A model generated the notes under the pieces. It ran no database searches and had not been told where the DNA came from. It saw nothing but the letters and a program-made list of their open reading frames with translations. Shown here piece after piece: positions 10,727 through 20,854 of a DNA stretch of 64,000 nt. Positions within the stretch are counted from its first letter, which is position 1. Every line of letters starts with the position of its first letter. The DNA comes from Candidatus Bathyarchaeota archaeon (GTDB lineage: Archaea > Thermoproteota > Bathyarchaeia > Bathyarchaeales > Bathycorpusculaceae): the NCBI GenBank assembly GCA_963733095.1, contig CAVTBV010000001.1, positions 1 through 64,000 of the forward strand. Reading direction: 5' to 3'. The position numbers were made by a program, and so were the translations under genes.

Positions 10727-10888
10727 ATGGAAAAATCTGGAATTGTTTATGAATGCATGAGATGCGGCTCAAGAGTGCCCTCAGAAGAGTTAGAGTTGCG
10801 TGGCGGAGAAACCAAATGTATCATATGTGGGTACAGAATTCTAAAGAAGGTTAAGCCGCCAGTTGTGAAACGGGTTAAATCTAAATAA
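10727..10888 (+). CDS. rpoP: RNA polymerase subunit P (Rpo12)
   Basis: YECMRCG...KCIICGYRILKKVKPP zinc ribbon; start moved to ATG 10727. Confidence 0.92.
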   Translation: MEKSGIVYECMRCGSRVPSEELELRGGETKCIICGYRILKKVKPPVVKRVKSK

Positions 10889-10942
10889 TAAGGGAACTCG
10901 TGCGTTTGCACGAGCAAGTTTGTTTTGTTTTAACTGTTTATT

Positions 10943-11236
10943 TTAATAGAAGTCTTGGTCTCCGAGTTTGCGCAGTGCCTTTCCTTTCAGTTTAACAGCT
11001 GATTCGTCAGGGAACGCGTCTTCGATTTCTTTTTCAACTGTTTTGCGTTTGACAGTTTCGCCGCAGATTCCGCCCGGCAACATGCGTCTCTTAAAGCACA
11101 TTGAGTATGTGCAGTTTGCGACGTTGCATTGTTCCTCGGTTTCTCTACACCAAACAGAGTCTCTTCGGTATATTACAGAGTTTTTTGCGCACTTGAAAGA
11201 GTTACATGCTGGAGAACAAGCTTTTGATTGAGCCAA
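10943..11236 (-). CDS. small Cys-rich hypothetical protein
   Basis: 8 Cys; GAGGTG SD-like sequence before the TTG at 11236. Confidence 0.7.
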   Translation of the reverse strand: MAQSKACSPACNSFKCAKNSVIYRRDSVWCRETEEQCNVANCTYSMCFKRRMLPGGICGETVKRKTVEKEIEDAFPDESAVKLKGKALRKLGDQDFY

Positions 11237-11342
11237 CAGATACACCTCAATTGTCAAATCAAAATATTGTGTTTTGTGTGGTCCTTGGTTTCTTAGATTG
11301 ATTTGGAAACCATATAAACTTTATTCCATTAAAGGGTGAAAT

Positions 11343-13424
11343 TTAGGTTGCAGTTATGTGTTTAACTCTTCTTCGCCTGAAGACTTCAACTATGACAAGC
11401 ACGAATATGGCAACCAATATTATCAGTATCGAGATAAGCAAACTTGTTTGAATGAGCAGTGAACCCAACGCAACATATTTTTCCATTTTTACCTGAACAG
11501 AAGTCGGCTGGTTAACTGTTAGTTTGACCGCTTGGGTAGCGTCCTTTGTGCCTGAAGATTGGGTGATTATCTGTATGTTTCCGCCTATGATGTCGTTGAA
11601 TGTAGCTGTTCCATCGCCTTTGGTAGAAGCTGAGACTGTCATTGGCCCCGTTAAGGTGACGTTAACGTTTGAGATAGGTGAACCAAAGAAATCCACAACT
11701 TTGACGGAAAGTTGGATGCCATATAGTGTGCAACGGATTTGTTGTTGACTGCTGCTGAAGACATCTACGTTTGTTTCGTTAATTAGAGTAGTGTCCTTGT
11801 AGACCCGTGCTCGATACTGTCCGAATGTTGCTTGGATTGTGGCTGCCCCGTTGCTGTCGGCTGTTGCAGAATAGAACAAGCCATTTGACAACTCGACTAG
11901 TTCTATGCGTGCACCTGAGATAGCTTCTTGGTTATAACCGACTACACTTAGGGTAACGGTTTCGCTTGGAGCAATTATGAATACCTGTGCTGTTGACTGT
12001 GTGGGAAGACTGCTAACTGTGTTGTTGCCTGCATTGAATATTTGATCGTGGACTGAGGCATCGATGGTGTAACTCGCTCCCGGCAAAGTCGATTTTAATA
12101 TGTAGCTTCCTGTTGAGTCTGTTTGGCCTGAAGCGTTTCCTGTTTTCGCACCATCGCTAGCTTGGTATCGGTAAATTATGTTCAGGTCAACAAACGGCAT
12201 TACTATTCCATCAGTATTCTTAACGGTGATTTTAAGGTCAGTTAATTGGACTTGAATAGTAAAAGTTGTGTCCCCGCTGACAGTTATGTTTGTCTGTCCA
12301 ACGTTCACGCCGTTCCAAAGTGCGGTTAGAACTTGGGTGCCTTTTTCAAGCTTAAAGTTTGCAGTTCCGTCAGGTCCGCTCACTGCATTGTACACGGTGT
12401 TGGTTGCGCCATCTTGAGCCTGAAGGGATATATCAGAGACAACTTCACCGGCCAAGTTAGTAGTTTGAACCTTGATTGAGTAACCAGATATGGTGAAGTC
12501 TTGTGAATCAGGTACCAATTTGTGGGTATTTTGCGGAGTTATTTTGATAGTGTATTCGCCTATGTCTGCAGCTGAGGAAACTACCCAAGTTGTGCTAATT
12601 ACGCCGTCTGCTGAAGCAGTTACCGAACCCGTGTCAAGAGTTGAACCTGACTTGACGCTTGTAACGGTTAGGGTTGCAGGTTCGTTAGGCTGGTAACCTG
12701 TTGCACGGACTACTATGGTGTTCCCTCTATGGTAGGTGGTTGAATCGATAAAGTTTACTGAAAACGTGCTTTGTGCGAGGGATTGAGATTCGTTAAGGTT
12801 AACTGTGTAAGTCCCTGCGTAATCGGTGAGTGAACCGCTGGGTAGAAAACTGCTGTCAGGAAAAGTTACCTGTGCACTCGCCGTCCCTTTTGCATTGGCG
12901 GTTCCCAGAGCGACCGTTTTTGTGTATACAGTGCCAGCCGGGCTTGGGAGAGTAACCGAGATGTTCGCGTTGTATGAAGTGCCTATTGTGCCACCCGTAA
13001 CGCTGACATTTAACACTAAACTGTTTCCTTCCTGAACCGATGAAGGCACAGAATTTACTGAGTATCCTGTGTTAATGGTAAACTGCTGTGTGGAGTTAAC
13101 GTTGATGTCGACATCCCTTAGAATCAACGAATAGGTACCTGCAGGCAGTTCAGGAACTGAAAAGTTCGCATAAACATAGTATCCTTGAGATATGCCGCTT
13201 GTAACGACGGTTGAGCCGACTATAATTTGGTAGGTACCATTAGAAGTGTAGATGGTTCCTTGAACAGTTGCTGCGGTCCCCACCGTTCCAGTTGCGTCTG
13301 TTGGGGTCACCGTGATAATCGTTACTCCAAGGTTTGTGTTCTGTGCGTTGACTGCAAGAGGCGTGATCACCGCTGCGAACGCCATGAGAAATAGGATGGT
13401 AACTGCCATAATTTTCTTGTCCAA
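11343..13424 (-). CDS. secreted, C-terminally membrane-anchored surface protein with Ig-like / carboxypeptidase-regulatory-like repeats
   Basis: Signal peptide; Thr/Ser/Val-rich beta repeats (e.g. TDSTGSY, TADSNGAATI); many N-x-S/T sequons; C-terminal TM followed by RRRR. Confidence 0.8.
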   Translation of the reverse strand: MDKKIMAVTILFLMAFAAVITPLAVNAQNTNLGVTIITVTPTDATGTVGTAATVQGTIYTSNGTYQIIVGSTVVTSGISQGYYVYANFSVPELPAGTYSLILRDVDINVNSTQQFTINTGYSVNSVPSSVQEGNSLVLNVSVTGGTIGTSYNANISVTLPSPAGTVYTKTVALGTANAKGTASAQVTFPDSSFLPSGSLTDYAGTYTVNLNESQSLAQSTFSVNFIDSTTYHRGNTIVVRATGYQPNEPATLTVTSVKSGSTLDTGSVTASADGVISTTWVVSSAADIGEYTIKITPQNTHKLVPDSQDFTISGYSIKVQTTNLAGEVVSDISLQAQDGATNTVYNAVSGPDGTANFKLEKGTQVLTALWNGVNVGQTNITVSGDTTFTIQVQLTDLKITVKNTDGIVMPFVDLNIIYRYQASDGAKTGNASGQTDSTGSYILKSTLPGASYTIDASVHDQIFNAGNNTVSSLPTQSTAQVFIIAPSETVTLSVVGYNQEAISGARIELVELSNGLFYSATADSNGAATIQATFGQYRARVYKDTTLINETNVDVFSSSQQQIRCTLYGIQLSVKVVDFFGSPISNVNVTLTGPMTVSASTKGDGTATFNDIIGGNIQIITQSSGTKDATQAVKLTVNQPTSVQVKMEKYVALGSLLIQTSLLISILIILVAIFVLVIVEVFRRRRVKHITAT

Positions 13425-13631
13425 ACACTCAGCTCTCCTAAACGATAGCCATCATTACTCGATGCTGATGATTTAACTAAGTGATGATTTTAAACTTTAC
13501 CTTTCAAACACCAAACCTACCACCTAAAGGGGCAAAACAGCTTAGGCGCCCATCCATGGAGAAAACCGCTCGTAGACGTAGGACTTTTTAAAAGACGCTT
13601 TTTCTAATGTTACAGAAACTCGGTGTAAGCT

Positions 13632-14594
13632 TTGGAAAACAGTGTTGCCTCCCCGCTTTTAGGCGCCCTTAAGAAGCAGAAATACCATTTAATCGGAAGC
13701 CACTCCGCGGTTAAACGGTGCAAGTGGCTCTACGAATCCATAGTTAACGGCAGAGTATGCTATAAACAAAAGTTTTACGGCATCCAATCCCACCGATGCA
13801 TCCAGATGACGCCATCCCTCTATTCCTGCACACACCAATGCCTGTTTTGCTGGAGAGCACAGAGTGGGGATTTGCAGGTTACGTGGGATGAGATGAAGAA
13901 CCCAAACAAGGACACGCCTGAAGAGATTGTTGAGGGGTGTTTTAGGGCGCAGGAAAAAATCTTGACGGGGTATAAGGGTAATGAGAAGGCGGATTGGCGC
14001 AAGTTTCAAGAAGCGCAAAGACCCAAACAAGTGGCGATTAGTCTAACTGGGGAACCTACCCTCTATGAGCCGTTGGGCGAGTTAATCCGCACCTTCCACC
14101 ATAAGGGTTTAACGACGTTTCTAGTTTCAAACGGTACTTTGCCAGCTAAACTTTCAAAGTTAAGCCAAGAACCCACCCAACTCTACATTTCGCTCTGCGC
14201 GCCCAATGAGGAAGTTTACAAGCGAGTCTGCAGACCCCTATTCCCAGGGGCATGGACAAAACTAAACGAAACCCTCGGTTTACTGCAGAGTTTCAGTTGT
14301 CCCACGGTAGTTCGTATGACACTGGTTAAAGAGTACAACATGAGCCGAATCGACGAATATGCTAAACTCGTAGTAAAGACCAACCCAACCTACATTGAAG
14401 CCAAAGCCTACATGCATATTGGCTTTTCAAACCTACGCTTGGGTTTTGACCACATGCCCATGCATCAAGAAGTTAAGGATTTTGCAGCTCAATTAGCCGA
14501 AAAAACCGGTTACAGAATTATCAATGAGGCACCTGAGAGCCGTGTAGTCTTGTTGAGTAGGCTGGAGAAGCCTATTCAGGTCGGAGTAAAATAG
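13632..14594 (+). CDS. taw1: 4-demethylwyosine synthase Taw1/TYW1 (radical SAM)
   Basis: HSAVKRCKW, CYKQKFYGIQSHRC, CTHQCLFC, ISLTGEPT. Confidence 0.95.
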   Translation: MENSVASPLLGALKKQKYHLIGSHSAVKRCKWLYESIVNGRVCYKQKFYGIQSHRCIQMTPSLYSCTHQCLFCWRAQSGDLQVTWDEMKNPNKDTPEEIVEGCFRAQEKILTGYKGNEKADWRKFQEAQRPKQVAISLTGEPTLYEPLGELIRTFHHKGLTTFLVSNGTLPAKLSKLSQEPTQLYISLCAPNEEVYKRVCRPLFPGAWTKLNETLGLLQSFSCPTVVRMTLVKEYNMSRIDEYAKLVVKTNPTYIEAKAYMHIGFSNLRLGFDHMPMHQEVKDFAAQLAEKTGYRIINEAPESRVVLLSRLEKPIQVGVK

Positions 14595-14632
14595 CAATTT
14601 ACATAATAATGGCTGCTTAAATCTCCAATACT

Positions 14633-14682
14633 GACCTACCCCTCTATCTTTCCGCAATGAGTTCCTAATAGGATCCAAATAT
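14633..14682 (+). repeat. dispersed intergenic repeat, copy 2
   Basis: CCTACCCCTCTATCTTTCCGCAATGAGTTCCTAATAGGATCCAAATA resembles copies 3 and 4. Confidence 0.5.
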
Positions 14683-14749
14683 GTCAAGCTTCAGGGCTGG
14701 ATAAATTTAAATTCTTAATTGTCTGCCCTTTGTTCAATCGAGCGGTTGT

Positions 14750-14928
14750 ATGCTAGTGGTAAGCGAAGGAAAAGGCAGATTATTCCGAAGAAAAGACGGG
14801 AAATACCTAGTTTACTTACCTAAGGACCTAGCAGAAGACAGCATGTTCCCCTTCAAAGGCGGAGACACCATCTTTGTGTGAAAGTAAGCTTCGCATTGGG
14901 CGACAGCAAACTACTCGTTAAGAATTAG
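14750..14928 (+). pseudogene. small AbrB/swapped-hairpin-like protein with a 2-nt frameshift
   Basis: MLVVSEGKGRLFRRKDGKYLVYLPKDLAEDSMFPFKGGDTIFV stops at TGA 14879-81. Removing a duplicated TG (GTGTGAAA) continues KVSFALGDSKLLVKN*. Confidence 0.65.
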
Positions 14929-14990
14929 GCAGGTCCCCAACAGCCATAAGCGATCAGTAATTGAAATAAACAACCAGACCAATCCTTCTT

Positions 14991-15659
14991 GTGGGTTCAG
15001 TTTTGTCGTCTCTAGAAATAGTCATACAAACCATAAAGAACGAGCTTATGGAGAAAAACCAGATTCGCGAGGAAACCCATGAGAACATGCGCAAAGCCAC
15101 CAGCCTCTCCAAACAGGCCATCCTGCTCATTCATCAAAAAAGGCTCGACGACGCATCAGAAATGCTTGCAGGCGCTAAACAAAAAATCATAAACCTCCAA
15201 ACCCAAGCTAAACAATACCCCGAAATCATCTACGGCGGCATGCTAAGCGCGGCATTTCAAGAGTACTCGGAAGCCAACATTTTCTTGGTGTTAGTTAAGG
15301 AAGACCGATTTGTGACTCCAGTCGAGATAAATGTGCCTTCCGTCGATTACGTTTTGGGCTTAGCCGATGCCATAGGTGAATACAGACGCTTAGCCCTCGA
15401 CAACCTAAGGGAAGGCGAAGTAGAAAAGGGCGAAAAATGCCTCAAAATCATGGACAACATCTTCATTCAGCTGTTAGCCTTGGATGAGGCGTACATGCTT
15501 GTTCCTGGACTCAGACACAAATCAGACATTGCAAGAAGAATAATCGAGTCCACACGCGGCGACATTACATTGGAAGTGCGTAGAAAATCCCTTGAGGACC
15601 AGCTAAAACGGTTTGACCCAGTGAAAAACATAGTTAAACGTAAGACCAAAAAGAGCTAA
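14991..15659 (+). CDS. translin family protein (archaeal C3PO-like)
   Basis: QEYSEA, DYVLGLADAIGEYRR, LRHKSDIAR. Confidence 0.88.
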   Translation: MGSVLSSLEIVIQTIKNELMEKNQIREETHENMRKATSLSKQAILLIHQKRLDDASEMLAGAKQKIINLQTQAKQYPEIIYGGMLSAAFQEYSEANIFLVLVKEDRFVTPVEINVPSVDYVLGLADAIGEYRRLALDNLREGEVEKGEKCLKIMDNIFIQLLALDEAYMLVPGLRHKSDIARRIIESTRGDITLEVRRKSLEDQLKRFDPVKNIVKRKTKKS

Positions 15660-15667
15660 TCTTAAAA

Positions 15668-16339
15668 TTGCCCAAACTATCCAAGAATTTCTCGGTTAAA
15701 AAAGCCCACAATACCCAGGTTTGCCTATCAAAAAATTTGATTTTAGAGGACAGATTGCCAAGGAAAATCAGAATGGTCGGCGGCGTGGACGTTTCATACG
15801 TTGGCAAAGTCGGCATCGGGGTGGTAACTGTTTTAGATTATAATTCTTTGGAATGCATGGAAGCTCAAGTGGCAACCTGCGAAGTAAAGATGCCATACAT
15901 CCCAACGTTGCTGTCTTTTCGGGAAATTCCTCCAGCAGTTGCCACCATTAAAAAGTTGGAGTTACAGCCCGATGTTTTTCTGGTCGACGCTCAAGGCTTC
16001 GCCCATCCTTACAGGTGCGGGTTCGCCAGTCACCTTGGTTTAGCATTGGGAATACCGACAGTTGGGGTAGCAAAGAGCAGGTTGATTGGCGTGCCAGTTG
16101 AGAAGGACGGCAGAACCTTGCTATTTGACAAAGGCGAGGTAATCGGGGAGGAAGTCATAACTAAACCTGGCGCCAAACCCATCTACGTCAGCATTGGCCA
16201 CAGGGTATCTCGTGAAACTGCTGTAAAAATCGTAAAACACTGCTCGAAAACCAGAATCCCCCAGCCAACCCTGCAAGCCCACAATTTAGCAACAAAAGTA
16301 AGAATCAAACTTACTAGCGAAAGCAAAGTAAATATCTAA
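15668..16339 (+). CDS. nfi: endonuclease V
   Basis: GGVDVSY, PYIPTLLSFRE, DAQGFAHP, GVAKSRL, YVSIGH. Confidence 0.95.
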   Translation: MPKLSKNFSVKKAHNTQVCLSKNLILEDRLPRKIRMVGGVDVSYVGKVGIGVVTVLDYNSLECMEAQVATCEVKMPYIPTLLSFREIPPAVATIKKLELQPDVFLVDAQGFAHPYRCGFASHLGLALGIPTVGVAKSRLIGVPVEKDGRTLLFDKGEVIGEEVITKPGAKPIYVSIGHRVSRETAVKIVKHCSKTRIPQPTLQAHNLATKVRIKLTSESKVNI

Positions 16340-16368
16340 ATGCAGCCTAAACTAACGCTGAGCGTGAA

Positions 16369-16704
16369 ATGGTGACTGAAGAAATAACATTTACAGACTT
16401 CGAAAAATTAGATTTACGCATAGGAAAAATTATCGAGGCAACCCAAGTTCCCGAATCAAAAAAACTCATTAAAATTCTGGTTGATTTTGGCTCGGAGAAG
16501 CGTCAAGCTGTTGCTGGTTTGCTCAAGTACTACAAACCTGAGGAACTTGTGGACAAAAAATGCGTTTTCCTCCTAAACTTACAGAGACGGATGCTTGCGG
16601 GCGTTGAATCGCAATGTATGGTTTTAGCCGCCGAAGACGAAGCGGGCAACGTTACGGTTTTACAGCCTGAGAAAGACATTGCTGAAGGCAGCAAAATAGG
16701 CTAA
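16369..16704 (+). CDS. tRNA-binding OB-fold protein (MetG C-terminal / CsaA / Trbp111 family)
   Basis: DFEKLDLRIGKI, GVESQCMVLAA. Confidence 0.9.
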   Translation: MVTEEITFTDFEKLDLRIGKIIEATQVPESKKLIKILVDFGSEKRQAVAGLLKYYKPEELVDKKCVFLLNLQRRMLAGVESQCMVLAAEDEAGNVTVLQPEKDIAEGSKIG

Positions 16705-16792
16705 ACACGCCACAGATTCCTTTTTTGTTGCTAGGAAAGATAAAATAGTAATTAGAGCAAGTATTGTATGATTTATTGTGGAAGGTTAACTT

Positions 16793-17800
16793 ATGGCTGT
16801 TAATGAAGAAGCACTTATGTGGGTTGAGAAGTACCGTCCCAAAACCCTCGACGACGTCATCGGCTTAAAGGACATCACCGATAGCCTCAAGGCATTTATG
16901 AAAAACCCAAAAAACATGCCGCATTTGATGCTGGCAGGGATTCCTGGGACAGGAAAAACAACCATCGCCCTCTGCATAGCCCATGAACTCTACGGAGCAA
17001 ACTGGAGAAACTTTACCTTAGAACTTAACGCCTCAGACGAGCGAGGCATAGACACGGTACGTGACCGAATAAAAGATTTCTCACGTTACAGCCGCACAGG
17101 ATTCGGCGACATACCCTTCGCACTTATAATTCTAGACGAATGCGACCAGATGACAGGACCAGCTCAAACCGCCTTAAGACGCATAATGGAGATAGGCTCA
17201 CGCACATCCAGGTTCATATTGATTTGTAACCAATCCAGCAAAATCATCGAGCCCATCCAGAGTCGCTGCGCAATCTTCCGCTTCTCAAGGCTCGACAAAC
17301 AAGCCATGAAAGAACACCTGCAATGCATAGCCAAAAAAGAAAACGTAACCCTGCTACCTGAAGCGGCGGAACGAATCGTGGATTACGCCGAAGGTGACTT
17401 GCGACACGCTATAAACGCTCTGCAAACAGCCTCAGCCTACAAGCAAGGCTTCGTAGATGAGAAGACAGTTTCACTGGTCATCGGCGAAGCAAGCCCCATG
17501 CAAGTCCAAAAAATGATACGCAAAGCCCTCTACGGCGAATTCATCGAATCCCGAAAAACCATGTATGAAATCATGGGCAACTTTGGGTTCTCAGGCAACG
17601 AAATCATCCGCCAAATCCAACGGGAAATCTTCAAAATGTCCGACCTAACGCCAGAGCAGAAGGCAGACCTCTCAAACATCATCGGCGAATACGACTACCG
17701 CCTAACACAGGGAGCCGACAGCGACATCCAACTAAGCGCACTGTTGGCGCAGTTTGGAAAGTTTGGGAAACATGTAGAGGAAAACTATGCAGCGAAATGA
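16793..17800 (+). CDS. rfcS: replication factor C small subunit
   Basis: WVEKYRP, GIPGTGKT, LNASDERG, DECD, IQSRC; no intein. Confidence 0.96.
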   Translation: MAVNEEALMWVEKYRPKTLDDVIGLKDITDSLKAFMKNPKNMPHLMLAGIPGTGKTTIALCIAHELYGANWRNFTLELNASDERGIDTVRDRIKDFSRYSRTGFGDIPFALIILDECDQMTGPAQTALRRIMEIGSRTSRFILICNQSSKIIEPIQSRCAIFRFSRLDKQAMKEHLQCIAKKENVTLLPEAAERIVDYAEGDLRHAINALQTASAYKQGFVDEKTVSLVIGEASPMQVQKMIRKALYGEFIESRKTMYEIMGNFGFSGNEIIRQIQREIFKMSDLTPEQKADLSNIIGEYDYRLTQGADSDIQLSALLAQFGKFGKHVEENYAAK

Positions 17801-19025
17801 ATTGCTGTGGGTTGAAAAGTACCGCCCCAAAAGAATCGAAGACATAGTTGGAAATGAAGAAGCCAAAGCGGCCTTTGTTGAGTGGCTAAAGAACAAGCGC
17901 CACACCAAAAAAGCCATGCTCTTGTATGGTCCACCTGGCGTGGGAAAAACCGCGCTTATCAACGCTGCTGCCCGCGAGTTCGGTTTCTCAATAATCGAAA
18001 TGAACGCCAGCGACACCCGCTCCGAGAAAGCCGTAAACGCAGTCGCCAAACCAGCCACCTCCTACGTTGCACTCGACAATTTTTCGGGTTCACCCAAAAA
18101 AGGCGGCAACCTTTTGTTCTTAGATGAAGTCGACGGAATCGCGGGCAACGAAGACCGCGGAGGCGTCAGCGCAATAATCAAGATTGTGGAAGAATCGCTG
18201 GTTCCAGTCATCATGGCAGCAAACAATCCCGACATAGATAAACTCCGCCCACTCAAGAAAGTTTGTTTTCTTGTGCGTTTCCAGCAGGTACGCATCCCAC
18301 TAATCATTGCGTTGCTGCAGAAAATCTGTCTGCTTGAGCATGTGAAAGCCGAGTTTGAAGCGCTTGAGCGAATTGCCCAAAACAGCCGCGGCGACGTACG
18401 CTCCGCCATCAATGACCTGCAGAGCTTAAGCGAACAAAACCACTCCTTAACCCTCCAAGACACTGTGATGCTGAGTTCCCGAAACAAAGACATCAGCATG
18501 GACGAAACGTTACGTGGATACTTTTCAACTAAATCCATCGCTGAAGTCTCCAGTTTGCTTAGCTACTCGGGTGTGGACTACGACGATTTTCTGCTCTCAG
18601 TCAGCGACAACCTGCCAAAACGTTACCCCGACCCCGATGAGTTGGCAGCAGCCTACGATTTTATCAGCAAAGCCGACATGTTCCGAGGCAGAATCGGAAC
18701 CGAACATTGGCACCTGCTCAAATACTTCTTCAACGAACTCTCACAAGCAGCCGCAGTAAACCCCCAATCCTACAAGCCATTCGGGCTCATATCACCCCCA
18801 ATACGCATAATCACCCTGTTCTGGACAAAAGGAAAAAGAACCATGCTAAACGGCATATGCAGCAAAATCGGAGCACAATGCCATGTTTCCATCGTAACCG
18901 CCAAACACGATTTTGTACCTTACATAAAATTGATTCTGCAAAAACAGAAAACCAACCCGCTAATCGAATGGTTCAAGTTCACGCCAGAAGAGGTTGATTT
19001 CCTAATCAAAATGAACAGGTTTTGA
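17787..19025 (+). CDS. rfcL: replication factor C large subunit
   Basis: WVEKYRP, GPPGVGKT, MNASD, DEVDG. Confidence 0.95.
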   Translation: MQRNELLWVEKYRPKRIEDIVGNEEAKAAFVEWLKNKRHTKKAMLLYGPPGVGKTALINAAAREFGFSIIEMNASDTRSEKAVNAVAKPATSYVALDNFSGSPKKGGNLLFLDEVDGIAGNEDRGGVSAIIKIVEESLVPVIMAANNPDIDKLRPLKKVCFLVRFQQVRIPLIIALLQKICLLEHVKAEFEALERIAQNSRGDVRSAINDLQSLSEQNHSLTLQDTVMLSSRNKDISMDETLRGYFSTKSIAEVSSLLSYSGVDYDDFLLSVSDNLPKRYPDPDELAAAYDFISKADMFRGRIGTEHWHLLKYFFNELSQAAAVNPQSYKPFGLISPPIRIITLFWTKGKRTMLNGICSKIGAQCHVSIVTAKHDFVPYIKLILQKQKTNPLIEWFKFTPEEVDFLIKMNRF

Positions 19026-19369
19026 ACATCATGGTCGCAGTCTTAAACAAGAAAGCCTTCAAGCTTCCCCGTGTTGACAGAGAAAAATTTGTCTCACTAA
19101 TGCACTTGGGCTTGGACTATAACCGTGAAGCAGGCGTGTTCTCCATAAAAAACTGCAATGACATCGAGAAACTTATGGATACTATAACGAGTGTTTTGGG
19201 ATGTGAGGTTGTGTTTCTTCAAAGTTGCATGCGGTGTGGAAAGGATTTCCCTTGCGCTAACTGCAATTACTTTGAGATGTGCACTACTAAGAATTTGCCC
19301 TTTTCCTGTGTTTGCCCACAATGTTTGAAGGATAGAAAGCAGTTTGAAGAATTTCTTGGAAGGTTCTGA
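19022..19369 (+). CDS. hypothetical protein with C-terminal multi-Cys zinc-binding region
   Basis: CxxC, CxxC-x4-C and CxCxxC motifs; overlaps the rfcL stop (TTGA). Confidence 0.75.
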   Translation: MNIMVAVLNKKAFKLPRVDREKFVSLMHLGLDYNREAGVFSIKNCNDIEKLMDTITSVLGCEVVFLQSCMRCGKDFPCANCNYFEMCTTKNLPFSCVCPQCLKDRKQFEEFLGRF

Positions 19370-19603
19370 GGCTCTGGCGAACGATTTGATGTTTTTTAAT
19401 TATTGCCATATTTGCTAATTATTTAATATAATATAGAACTATCTTCTAATGCATTTAGGTTAAAAATCATGTTGCCAAACTCTAAAATGAGAGAGAAGCA
19501 GGTCAAAGCGCAAAATCAATCCTGTATACGAACGCAGCAACAAAACACACAAAATTCTTATCTAGTCATTCCACTTTAACAGTTGTCTATAGAAGGCTTG
19601 CTT

Positions 19604-20854
19604 ATGGCGGAAGAACATACAGCGCTAACCGTTGCCTTATCACAGCTAAAGTTAGCGTCGAAAAAGCTGGGACTCGATTCAGGCATGCACAAGATGCTCA
19701 GCCAACCCAAACGCTCAATCTCTGTGAGCATCGACGTCCGCATGGACAATGGGGCAGTTAATGTTTTCAATGGTGTCCGGGTTCAACATTGGGATGCACG
19801 TGGACCCTTCAAGGGCGGAATCCGCTATTTCCCCGACATCACTCTCGATGAAGTCACAGCACTTGCTATGCTTATGACTTGGAAATGCGCCATTGCTGAC
19901 ATTCCCTTTGGAGGAGCCAAAGGAGGAGTATGCGTTGACAGCAAAAAACTAAGCACACACGAACTCGAACGTTTAACAAGAAGGTATGTGAGCCTAATCG
20001 TTGATTACCTTGGCCCCCACCGCGACATTCCAGCACCCGACATGTACACTGATGCTCAAACCATGGCATGGATAATGGACACCTACAGTCAACTAAAAGG
20101 CTACATGATCCCAGAGAGCGCAACTGGCAAACCCGTGGAAATCGGCGGTTCCTGGGGCAGAACGGAAGCCACCGGAAGAGGAGTTGTCCACTGCATAAAA
20201 CAAGCTTCAAAGAATAACGGCTTAAAACTTAAAAACGCTACAGTCGCCGTTCAGGGCTTTGGAAATGTGGGTTATCATGCTGCGCTGGCTGCGCAGGAAA
20301 TCGGCTGCAAAGTCGTAGCAGTCAGCGATTCGACAGGCGGAATCTACTGTCCAGACGCATTAATACCGCAAGATGTTTTGGAGCATAAGGAGAAAACCAA
20401 AAGCGTTCAGAATTACAAAGGATGCAAGAATATATCCAACGAAGAATTGCTCGAGTTGCCATGTGACGTGCTCATTCCCGCAGCACTTGCAAACCAAATA
20501 ACCAGAAGCAACGGCAACAAAATCAAGGCAAAAATGGTTGCTGAAGCAGCCAACGGACCAACCACAACCGAAGCTGACAAAATCCTTTATGAAAAAGAAA
20601 TCTGCCTCATCCCAGACATCCTCGCCAACAGCGGCGGCGTAACCGTCAGCTACTTTGAATGGGTACAAAACCTAACCCGCGAACAATGGCCGCTGGAAAA
20701 AGTCAACCGAAAACTCGAAGAAAAAATGACAAAAGCCTTCAACGACGTCGAAACGATTGTAGCAAAAGAAGAGAGCGACATGCGAACGGGAGCTCTTATG
20801 CTGGGCGTCGGCAGAGTAGCGAATGCGATTAAAGTATTGGGACTTTGGCCATAA
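19604..20854 (+). CDS. gdhA: glutamate dehydrogenase (Glu/Leu/Phe/Val family)
   Basis: GPFKGGIRY, PFGGAKGG, IPAPD, QGFGNVG, EAANGP, ANSGGV. Confidence 0.95.
   Translation: MAEEHTALTVALSQLKLASKKLGLDSGMHKMLSQPKRSISVSIDVRMDNGAVNVFNGVRVQHWDARGPFKGGIRYFPDITLDEVTALAMLMTWKCAIADIPFGGAKGGVCVDSKKLSTHELERLTRRYVSLIVDYLGPHRDIPAPDMYTDAQTMAWIMDTYSQLKGYMIPESATGKPVEIGGSWGRTEATGRGVVHCIKQASKNNGLKLKNATVAVQGFGNVGYHAALAAQEIGCKVVAVSDSTGGIYCPDALIPQDVLEHKEKTKSVQNYKGCKNISNEELLELPCDVLIPAALANQITRSNGNKIKAKMVAEAANGPTTTEADKILYEKEICLIPDILANSGGVTVSYFEWVQNLTREQWPLEKVNRKLEEKMTKAFNDVETIVAKEESDMRTGALMLGVGRVANAIKVLGLWP

Noticed and set aside
13515-13535. CCTAAAGGGGCA resembling part of the dispersed repeat
   Set aside because: The match is too short and the rest of the pattern is absent.
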